Shown: positions 23,934-33,827 of the stretch, piece after piece
Position numbering within the stretch: the first letter of the stretch is position 1
Layout: every line of letters begins with the position of its first letter
From: Blepharisma stoltei ATCC 30299
Taxonomy: Eukaryota > Protista > Ciliophora
DNA length: 64,000 nucleotides
Direction of reading: 5' to 3'
NCBI GenBank assembly: GCA_965603825.1
Contig: CBFDEM010000009.1
Coordinates: 1 to 64,000 of the forward strand
Notes under the pieces: model-generated
What the model saw: only the letters and a program-made list of their open reading frames with translations
Databases searched by the model: none
Told to the model about the DNA's origin: nothing
Program-made: the position numbers and the translations under genes

Positions 23934-24767
23934 ATGCGGCTCAGTCATATTTTTGATAAAAAAGTTGACCAAAACGAAATTGAATCAAAATACCTTTGAA
24001 ATCTCCACAATAACGCAATAACGAAAATTATACATAGAATAAATCTCATTACATTCAAAATCGACTATTCTCTAGTATTCACAGAATATGATTCAATTTT
24101 GAGCTGCACAGCGATCCCAAATAATCAAATTTATGGGATGAAGGTTAAAAAGTTTAGCAAATATCACCAATATCTCTACTTATCTGATGAGAATTTCAAC
24201 ATTAAAGAAATCGAAACCCCTATAAAACACCCTTCAATTCGCCATTATTTCGTCTCTTGCTTTTACGACGATTCTATTTTTATTTTTGAGAGTGAGTATA
24301 ATTTTGGCCTAGGAGACAACAAAGTCCATAAGGCCAGTAGATTTTTAATTTCCAAAAATCAGTGGGTTCATTTAACAAATTTTCCTTTTGACTTTCTTAC
24401 TTCATGCACTGGACTCAACCAAAAAATAATTATTTCTACAGATCAGCCTGGGCTATGGATATATGATATTTGTTTAGATTCTTATACTCATCATCTTCCA
24501 ATAGCAGATATCAATGTAACTGTTGAGCACAAATTTATTAAATTCTCTGGTAGGCTTTATATGATAATGCTTTCTCAGGTTAGCAAAGTTTATTCTTGTG
24601 AAGATCCTTTGTCAGAGTGAAAATTTGAGTGTGATTTCAAAGACCAAATATTTGGTCAAGAAATTTTCCCTCATGTTTTTTATGAAGGATCTATTTATTA
24701 TCTTAGAGGAGCAACCTTGTATGAATTTTCTCTCTCAAAATTTGAATCAAAAGAAGTGAAGACTTAA
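23934..24767 (+). CDS. Family copy 12 (277 aa, UGA=Trp)
   Basis: MRLSHIFDKKVDQNEIESKYLW...YEFSLSKFESKEVKT*, 19 bp downstream of copy 11. Confidence 0.88.
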
Positions 24768-25656
24768 TTAAATACTCATAATCTTTAAGATTAGTTAAGT
24801 AAATGTAAATCTATATATGTGATTTTGCATAGAGTACAAAAAGGAAAGCTATACATTGAATTAACTTATAAAAACAAATTTATAAATATTCAAATAATAA
24901 TCGGGTTTTTTTAAATTTTAAAAGAATTGATATAATGCTTTTATATAGCCCAGCCAAGATATATACGAAATAACAAAAACAGTTAACTCCTCCTACAAAA
25001 CCTGGAAAAAATCCCCATCTAAGCACTGCAGAATATGTGTAGTTTGATACCCAAAATTTGCAAACAGTCACTACTATAAGCTCCTCATTATGCCTGAACG
25101 AAAACGAAGAATTAGCCCCTAAATTTACTTTTGCGACTTAATCCCCTTCAAAAAAATCATTTCAAGCCAAATAGCGTGAATTATTGGGAGAGCAAACTGT
25201 TTCAGTTAACAAAATCGGATGATTTAGTCTGCCTTCATTAATCCCAAGCACCCAGAATTAATAATCAAAAACATGCTCTTGAGTATGGAAATCCTGCAGA
25301 ATGTATTTCAAAAGGAGAGCGAATACTCAATTTATAAATTTAGCTCCAGAGATTCCACACTCTACAAGAATTTTTGGACTTCTTTACTTGTTTTTGTTGA
25401 GAAACAATGCCCCTAAATGTGAGAATGTGAGCTTCACTGCAGGCTATCCAATTCGACAATTGAAAGAACCTATACCAATAATAATTGGAGTGTCAGTTTG
25501 CTAGTAACGCTTGAGATAGACGTCTTTAAGCTTTGATGAGTATGGCGAACTAGGACTGGAAGACCTTTTAAACCAAAAAAGGGATTTCCATAATAGATTA
25601 TTAAATTAATCTGCACATTGAATATCATATACTTTTATTTGCAAATAATTAGTTAT

Positions 25657-26523
25657 CTATTTAAGGTTTTCTTTCGGTGCTAATTTCATCTGAATTTTTT
25701 TATTTTGTGATTTAAAATTTTTTAGGGAGAACTCATATAAAGCTGAATTGAGAACAAGAAAATAGAGAGATCCTTCATAATAGACAAAAGGAGCACGCTC
25801 TTTGCATATTATCTTACGTTCCATTTCGCAAACATAGGTTCACTCTGAAAAAGGGTCGTAACAGCAGTAAATTCTTGGCACCTTTAAATAGCAAATCACA
25901 TATATTTTCCCCGAAATTCTTAATAGCATTTTATTCCCCGACTTTCCTAAATCTTTTATCGGGAAATGCTGGCTATAAGAGTTTAAAAATATATCATAAA
26001 CCCATATTCCTGGCTTTTTATTGATAAAAATGATTTTTTGGTTAAATCCAACTCATGACTCGGGTAATTCACTTGGGAAGTTTGGTACATAAACCCATTT
26101 ATTTTTTGGAATTAAATATCTTCTAAAGCGATAGGCTCCAGAACTCTGGCTTTTATGAGGATAACTATCAAAATAGAATAATGAATTGTCATAAGCACAA
26201 TGAACAAATCAATATGGCTCAGCTGCTGGGAGGGTATCTATTATTTTAATATTGAAATTTTCATCTGATATAAATAGATAGCGCAAGCGAGAACTATTTT
26301 CTTTAAACATAATTCCAAAGAACTTGTTATTTGAAAGGATTGAGTAATCTATGATAAAAATATTGTTTGATGAAGAAAGGTTATAAGAAAGATCTATAGT
26401 AAGAGCTGATAGGTCAATTCGGTATGTTGCTCTTGTTCATGTCCATTTATTCACGATCCATAGGTATTTTGATTCAGCTTCATTTTCATCAATAGCTTTA
26501 TTAAAAATTTTACTTAACTTCAT
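25657..26523 (-). CDS. Family copy 13 (288 aa, UGA=Trp), inverted; missed by the ORF track
   Basis: Reverse complement reads MKLSKIFNKAIDENEAESKYLW...YEGSLYF...YEFSLKNF...ENLK*, open frame. Confidence 0.87.
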
Positions 26524-27089
26524 TTTATTATTCGCATGAACTTTTCTATATTTTTTGGTGGTTTTTGGTTATTCATTTATGTTTTATATTAAGGCTATTT
26601 AAATATATTGAATGCTTCTTTTATAGCATTTTTCAAACTTTTTCAATTTGCTAAAGACTAAATTTAGATTTCAAAATATTGATAAATAATTATGGTATTA
26701 CCAAGCTGGCCTTTTGAATTTACTCAAGAAATGGTAAAGTAGAAAGCTCCAAAGGGTCGGCAACGATGCCAGAGTAGCTAGGAAACATTAGCGAATCGCT
26801 CTAGCCCACGCAAATTTATTTATATACAATTCAAAAACTGCACTCCGTTCCAGGAAACATAACTCTAGCAACCGTTGCAAAAGTTGATATGTGAGAGATA
26901 TATAGTTTTAATAATAATTTTAAGAATTTGATTTCGGTAGAAAAAAGTGTAAAGAACTCGGTATTGATTACGAAGGTATACATTTTATTAAATCATATAA
27001 ATATCTCCTAAGAAGTAATTTAATAAGAAACTAGTTGAAAAAAATTTTCAGAGCAAAATAAGCTACTTCCCTAATTAAAAAAAAAGCGA

Positions 27090-27674
27090 TTAATCTTGAT
27101 TTATATAAATGAATATTAAATTATATGGATTCTCACAATTCCCATTTAATTCATCTTCATCATGAATAATAGATGATAATGGCTCCGCTATAGCATCTTG
27201 AAAACTATTCTTTTCCTTTTGAGGAGCAAATTTTTGATTAAGTATTCTTAAATTTTCTTCAGTTAACAAGTTTTCTGAAGGATTTAATTTTTCTTTAATA
27301 TCCAAACTCTCAGCACTAACATCACTTAAATTTGCAATATCAGAATCACTATCTTCAAAATTTAAGTACGGAGATAATACTTGCTTCATTTCTGTTGACA
27401 ATTCTACATCTTTAACAGCAGTTCTTAATATATCTCGCATTTGATTTTTTAGTATATGATATTCATTAAAACTTGATTTATAAACATTTAGTTGATTTTC
27501 TTCAAAATAACCTAATAGAGAATTTAATATATCATAACTGTTGTTTCTGATGCATAGAATAAAAAATTCTCCTTCATTATAAGTCATATCTAGTTCTGTA
27601 TTATCTAAATCAGATAAAACTCTAGAATGTTTTTTAGTTTGAATATGATCTGATAAGGACGTATGATATTTCAT
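27090..27674 (-). CDS. Hypothetical 194-aa protein; candidate Rickettsiales-derived gene
   Basis: Intact ORF. DMTYNEGEFFILCIRNNS..IL..LL.YFE..QL...EY..LK...S.EM..VLSPY resembles Rickettsiaceae hypothetical proteins as I recall them (unverified). Confidence 0.6.
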   Translation of the reverse strand: MKYHTSLSDHIQTKKHSRVLSDLDNTELDMTYNEGEFFILCIRNNSYDILNSLLGYFEENQLNVYKSSFNEYHILKNQMRDILRTAVKDVELSTEMKQVLSPYLNFEDSDSDIANLSDVSAESLDIKEKLNPSENLLTEENLRILNQKFAPQKEKNSFQDAIAEPLSSIIHDEDELNGNCENPYNLIFIYINQD

Positions 27675-27938
27675 TTTTTATCTCAATTTAATCGTTAGGT
27701 GGATACATTTCTCCAATAAGTTCTATTTCTTTATTTTTGATGTAGTTAGAAAAATCCCTATTTATGCCTCAGGGAAATTTGTTTGATAGTGAGGCATATA
27801 TTGTAAAACAATTAAGCTTCAACCTAATGCGCAATATTAAAAATTCAACAAAAGTTTTCGATGAAATGCATGCTAATAAAAGTTCACGATCATTGAACCT
27901 ACAGCTGAAAATTATTGATGTAAAAAGAATTTATAAAT

Positions 27939-28934
27939 ATGAGAATAACTAAGATAATTGATAAAAAGGCTGACCAGAGTGAAATTGAATAAATGCATAT
28001 GGAATAATAAGCATAATTCTCATAATTTGCCAACTATAACCAAACTTAATTTATTTAGTTTTACAACCATTTTTCTCTCCATATTTTGGCTCCATTTCAA
28101 TCAAATATTACATTCCAACTCCCAATAACCAATTTTATGGATTAAAGATCGAGAATTTTGGAGATCATTCTTCAATACAAATTTAATCTTAACAGATGCT
28201 TATATTTTGTAAAATAGATAAAAACAATTTTTTAATCATAAAAACGATAAATTATAAGCTGAACAGAGTAGATTTATTGTTATGTGAATATGCCAAATAA
28301 AATTTCAATATCAAAAACATTGATATCCCAATCAACCAGCATTCTTTTTATAGTCACTTTTTTTTGCCTTAAGAATATTCAATTTTTATCTTTGAAAGCT
28401 ATTTTGGCTCAGCAAACAAACGAAATATAATTCGACGTGCTAAGAGATAAATAAATAATCCTATTTGCCTAATTTGCTTCATAAAATCCCAATTCATACG
28501 CTGGAATGGGCCAAAAAATCATCATTGTTCGATGTACCCTTGGGATATGAGCATATGATATATTTTTAAACTTTTATAGTAGTCATTTTCCAGTTAGCAG
28601 TATTTTGATGAGCTGGATAATCAAATGAGAAGAAAATTTATTTTGATAAGTTTTTAGGAATTAATTGTTATTCATATAATGATCTTTTATCAGATTGAAT
28701 TTTGTTTGCTATATTAAAGATCAATTGTTTAAATCGGAGTTTGGTAACAGATTTCAGTCTGCGCTTTTCATAAAGGATCAAAAATTATCTTATAAAATCC
28801 ATTTTATTCGAATTTAGCCTAAAAGAATTTAAATCACCAGCTATAGAAAACTGACAAAAATCACACGCAAATGAAAAAATATATAGAATTAAGTGAATAT
28901 TCTTGATAATTATTAAAAATTTAAAGTTAATTTA
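27939..28934 (+). pseudogene. Family copy 14; heavily degenerate
   Basis: MRITKIIDKKADQSEIE*..., PNNQFYG, SIFIFESYF, QKIII, AYDIFLN, FEFSLKEF, with many stops and frameshifts. The end coordinate is approximate. Confidence 0.82.
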
Positions 28935-29094
28935 AAGTTTTCCCAAAATTTTGCAGAAATGGAAATCAGAAGAAGTAATTCTGTTCCAAAATTTATAATT
29001 TTGAAAAATATAGCTCAATCATGCCCAATTAATCTCTTATTATAGTATTTTAATTCATTTTTAACTTGAATTGCTAATGCAATGTAATATAAAA

Positions 29095-29733
29095 ATGGAA
29101 TTTATCATCAAAAATAATTCAAACCTCCAACAAAATTTAAACTGTTCTACAAGTCTAGCACTCCAAGGCGATGAAAAAATGAATAATTACACAGTCAAAC
29201 GCATACAGAGACAAAGTTCAAAGGTTATTGACTCCAAAAAGCGTTGGTCAAAAGAAGAAAATCTACTGTTATTAAATCTGTATTCAATTCACGGAGCCAA
29301 GTGGGACATAATATCCAAATTCTTTACAGAGAGATCAGCATTTTCAGTTAAAAATCACTTCTATGGGCTCTCAAAAACTATGACTTTAGACAAAAAAATG
29401 GAGCTTAGAAAGCTCAGAATAGAATGCAAAGAGCAAAAATCTATTCAAATATTTAATTATGTTACTTTAAACAAATCTACGAAGTCAGAAGAAGACTTAC
29501 TCGTTGAGAGTTTTTTTGTGGACGAGTTAAAATCATTGGATAAAATGGAGCAATGTGAAAAATTAAATAATATAAATTCTGATATAGAGTACGAGAGTTT
29601 TGAAGCCCAAGACACAATTAGAGAAAAGTTAAATGAAAAGTACGAGGAGCTTAAAAAACTATCTGCAATTTTAGAAAAACAAATTTTACTAAAACGAGCA
29701 AAGATTGGTCTGATACCAAAAACTGTTTGCTAA
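29095..29733 (+). CDS. Myb/SANT DNA-binding domain protein
   Basis: KRWSKEENLLLLNLYSIHGAKWDIISKFFTERSAFSVKNHF; coiled-coil C-terminus. Confidence 0.9.
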   Translation: MEFIIKNNSNLQQNLNCSTSLALQGDEKMNNYTVKRIQRQSSKVIDSKKRWSKEENLLLLNLYSIHGAKWDIISKFFTERSAFSVKNHFYGLSKTMTLDKKMELRKLRIECKEQKSIQIFNYVTLNKSTKSEEDLLVESFFVDELKSLDKMEQCEKLNNINSDIEYESFEAQDTIREKLNEKYEELKKLSAILEKQILLKRAKIGLIPKTVC

Positions 29734-30571
29734 TTAGCTCTCTTGGTGAATTTGTTGATAAAGGAATAATTTAATCATCTTTCCATTTAAATTTGTTTAA
29801 AAGTTTAAACATTGCATTTTGATTACAATTATAATAGGAAGAAAATAAATTTAATTTAGATTATTTTCCTATCCAAGGCTAATTGATATTAAAATGATAG
29901 ATTAAATTTGGAATTTTGAAAATTTGCATTTATTAGGAAAAGTATTATTCCTAAGCAAGCGGAACGGGGCAGCAACCTATCTTAATTAGGGCTTAATTTA
30001 GTTAGTCTTGATTATAAATAAGCATTCTATAAGGATTAATTTCTTGCTCATTGAGAATTTTGATTCCTCAAAAATTAAGATTTATGGCGCAAGGTATTGC
30101 AAAGTAAGAGTAGTGAAACTATTAAATAAACATATTTTAGTTTAATTAATTATTATAAGATATTAATTCATTCATTAAATTACCTATCAAATAAGAATAA
30201 ATAGCATATAGGATTACTAAATCTCTGGTAGAGTGTATATATCATAAAATCGCATATTGCAGCTGAAATTTTTATTTATAATCTGAAAAATAATGTTATT
30301 ATATATAAAAGCAGTTCTGAAACAAGATTAAATTATTACTTACTCACATGATAAAGAGCATTTTCCTGTATTTTTTTTAATATTAAGACTATAAATTATT
30401 GAAAATTACGAATGCAAAATAATTGATAAAAAAAAGAAGATTAATAGCTTATGAACTCACAATAGCTTCGATATCAATCTATTTTTTATTTAAAAAATAA
30501 TTAGTATAGCTCTCGCCCTTATAATTATTAATTTTAATATCAGTATATGAATAAATAATAGTCATATAAAA

Positions 30572-31237
30572 ATGGAAATCATCCTCAAAAATAGTTCAAA
30601 TCGCCAAGGAAAGCCAATACTCTCTGAAGACCTAGTTTTTCAAGATGATTCACTGAATCAAATCAATGCAAATGAACTCATAAAAAGGCAAAAATCAAAA
30701 GTTTTTGACTCAAAAAAACGTTGGTCAAAAGAGGAAAACCTGCTTCTCTTGAGCATGTACACTGCTCATGGATCCAAATGGGTATTGATTTCTGAATTCT
30801 TCGATACTAGATCTCCTTTTTCAGTTAAAAATCATTTTTATGCACTTTTTAGAAGGATGAGTTTAAATAATAGAAATGAACTCAGGCACAAGAGAACCAA
30901 ATACAGAGAAACACAAAGTATAACATTTAGCAGTGAAAGCACTTTTAACTTTCCAGCAGAAACGGAAGAAGATCTAATTGTTGAAAGTTTTTTGGTCGAT
31001 GAGTTAAAATCAGTGGATAAAAAACTGGACGAAAAATGGATCTCGACAAATTTGAATCTGCAGGATGTGGATTTAAAGGATCCTCAAGAGATCCAGGAAA
31101 AGTTGAACGAAAAATTAAAAGAGCTTAAGCAATTATCAGCTTTTTTAGAGCAACAGCTTTTAAGTAAATGGGCCTGAATAAAGGCTATGCCTAGCTTGCC
31201 TGCCAAAATAGGAGAAGCATATTATAATAATCTTTAA
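30572..31237 (+). CDS. Myb/SANT domain protein, tandem paralog
   Basis: Same Myb repeat. Reading TGA 31175 as Trp extends the ORF to TAA 31237. Confidence 0.88.
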
Positions 31238-31631
31238 TCTTTAATTCGATGAGTAGCTTGAGCTTAGCATCCTGTGGAGTAGAAATAAAGATAACCATTT
31301 ATAAAATTTTATTGAAATGATTTTATTCATATTAATTTTAAAAATATTTGTTTTATAATAAATTTAAATATCTTAAACGCTTAGTCTTAAAAGTCCATAT
31401 TTTTAATACCCACATATATATTTTATTGGATTCTGCTTGATTAATATTATCAATTCATATTCTGCGGCAGTAATAATATTACCGAAAGAGATAAGTTCAA
31501 GATACTCTAATTTCTTAAAATTGATAGCAAAACTTGAAATTTCTTTGAATTGTCTTAACTTTCCAGTCCTCTATACAAACAAAAGAATTTGAAATACTTA
31601 TATCAAAGAGACTTCTCTGTCTCCTATAATT

Positions 31632-32738
31632 ATGAAAATGAAGACCCCTCAACAGTAACAGCTATTTAGAATTATAATGAAGACGATGACCTGGGTTCGT
31701 GATTCCCACAATTTATTTGACTATGAGTCGCGCAGCTGCCACAAAAAGAAACTCATCACATCCAACCCATGTAGCATAATCCGATGTGACACAGAGGTCG
31801 ATCTTATTTCCGATTTCACAAATATTTCCCGATTGACGCCTCATTCTCAGGTCTTAGCCACCGTTTCTCAAAGAAATGGGATTTTCTATCTAAGTTCTGA
31901 GCAATGTGAGCCAATTTGGTTGATAGTTAGGTCTCTTAAAACTTCTGAAGGCCCAGGAGTTGCCCTAAAGCAAGGAGATATTATAAAGCTCGGCCGAATG
32001 GTATATAGAATCAAAGAACTCAGCACCAGCAGCTTTGACTCATCTAGTGACCAAACTCAAGGAAGTGAAGATGAGTGCGAAGTCCCGAATGAGCATGAAA
32101 CAACGACATGCCGAATATGTTTTGGAGAGTCTGAAGGCCCAGAAAATCCACTAATTTCACCGTGCAGCTGTATTGGTTCAGTTAAATTTATCCATTTGCA
32201 GTGCCTGCAAAGGTGACTTCATTCCAGAGTTTCTGAAAGATTAGGGGAAAACGTGTCGTCTTATCATTGGAAATCGATGGAGTGTGAAATTTGTAAAAAT
32301 AATTATCCGTTTAGTTTAGGAGTGGAAGGGAAAGAAAGAGAATTATTTCAAGTAGAAAAATCAGAGTTGCCAAGGATTGTGCTGGAAGGAGTTGACGATG
32401 GAAAAGGAAGCAGCAAAGGTGTGTATATAGTGACATTTAGTGAAAACTCAACAGTCAAATTAGGAAGAGGCCACGAATGTGAAGTGAGGATTTCTGATAT
32501 ATCGGTATCAAGGTGCCACGCAACTATCCAATTTAGTAATGGAAACTTCACAATTGAAGATAATAATTCAAAATTCGGGACTTTACTGCAGGTGACTGAT
32601 CCACTTCCATTGATAACAAATTCTGCTGTTGCCTTGCAAGCTGGAAGAACGGTCCTGGCTGTATCTCTGAAAGGAGATGAATCTGTTGCATATAAAAATT
32701 CATTAGATAGGCTGCCTGCTCATAAGAGGTCATTATAA
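31632..32738 (+). CDS. RING-CH (RINGv) and FHA domain protein; one 15-nt intron
   Basis: TWVRDSHNLFDYE, CRIC...SPCSCIGSVKFIHLQCLQRW(TGA)...CEIC, and FHA motifs GRGHECEVRISDISVSRCHA...SKFGT. Confidence 0.92.
31655..31669 (+). other. 15-nt spliceosomal intron
   Basis: GTAACAGCTATTTAG. Removing it joins ATG 31632 in frame to 31677 (MKMKTPQQIIMKTMTW). Confidence 0.8.
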
Positions 32739-32846
32739 GTAATTTTATATGGATTAATTTTGAGCATCCATGACCATATTTGACACTGACGAGTACAATG
32801 AATAATATATCACAAATTTTAGTCTTAAATTTACGTTTTATAAAAT

Positions 32847-33785
32847 ATGCTTTCTAGAGAGACGGAAATGCTCTTTAGCAGGCTAGATTGCTATGACGTT
32901 CTCAAGACTTTAGGCAAAGGAGCTACATCTAAAGTGAAGCTACTTCAAGAGCCAACCTCAAGAATCCTATATGCGGCCAAGATTTTCAAATATTCCCAAG
33001 ATGATATTGGCCTAAGAGACCAAGTTTACACAGAAATAGAATGTTTAAATAGAATTTCTCATAAGCGCGTTATAAAGTACTTTAACTATTGTGAAGGAGG
33101 AGTTTACCGGAAAAAAAATCAAACTAGTTATCGCTGCCTTTATATCTTGATGGAATACTGTATAAATGGTGAATTTTACGACCTTATAAATGACTACGGA
33201 AGCCTAGACACTTATTTGTGTCGATTTTATTTTAGACAATTAATAGAAGCATTAGAAGCTTGCCATAGGGTAGGTGTATATCACGGCGACATAAAGCTTG
33301 AAAATTTGCTACTAGACAGCGAATTTAACCTCAAATTAATTGATTTTGGTTCGTCGAACTATAAAAATCTCAAAGACCTTTTTTCGATTCGAGGAACAGA
33401 AAACTACATGCCACCAGAAATAAGACAAAATTCTCGATACGACCCTGAAAAAGTTGATGTCTTCGAAGCAGGAGTTTTATTGTTTATTATGTTCGTAGGA
33501 GTTCCACCTTTCAATTTTGCTGATATTTCTGATAACTTTTACCGATGCTTGATAGGAGAAGAGACCTCAAAAATATTCTGGAGATACCATCAGAAAAAAA
33601 GAGAAAATAAAATTTTCACCACAGAGTTCACAAATTTGATCGAAAGAATGCTTGCGTTTAACCCTGGAGATAGGCCAAGTATAACTGATATCAAAGAAGA
33701 TGTCTGGTTTAATGCAGAAGTCCCTAACAAAGAAGAAATTGTGAGGATGATTGCATACCTAAAGACTAATAACTCAGAATCATAA
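32847..33785 (+). CDS. Ser/Thr protein kinase (CAMK-like)
   Basis: GKGATSKV, AAK, HGDIKLEN, DFG, GTENYMPPE, DVF. Confidence 0.95.
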   Translation: MLSRETEMLFSRLDCYDVLKTLGKGATSKVKLLQEPTSRILYAAKIFKYSQDDIGLRDQVYTEIECLNRISHKRVIKYFNYCEGGVYRKKNQTSYRCLYILMEYCINGEFYDLINDYGSLDTYLCRFYFRQLIEALEACHRVGVYHGDIKLENLLLDSEFNLKLIDFGSSNYKNLKDLFSIRGTENYMPPEIRQNSRYDPEKVDVFEAGVLLFIMFVGVPPFNFADISDNFYRCLIGEETSKIFWRYHQKKRENKIFTTEFTNLIERMLAFNPGDRPSITDIKEDVWFNAEVPNKEEIVRMIAYLKTNNSES

Positions 33786-33827
33786 TAAAATTCTAGTAAT
33801 TTTATTAATTTTTACTAATAAATCTGC

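Noticed and set aside
27764-27952. 62-aa plus-strand ORF as a gene
   Set aside because: No recognisable features, and it overlaps the start of pseudogene copy 14 in another frame.
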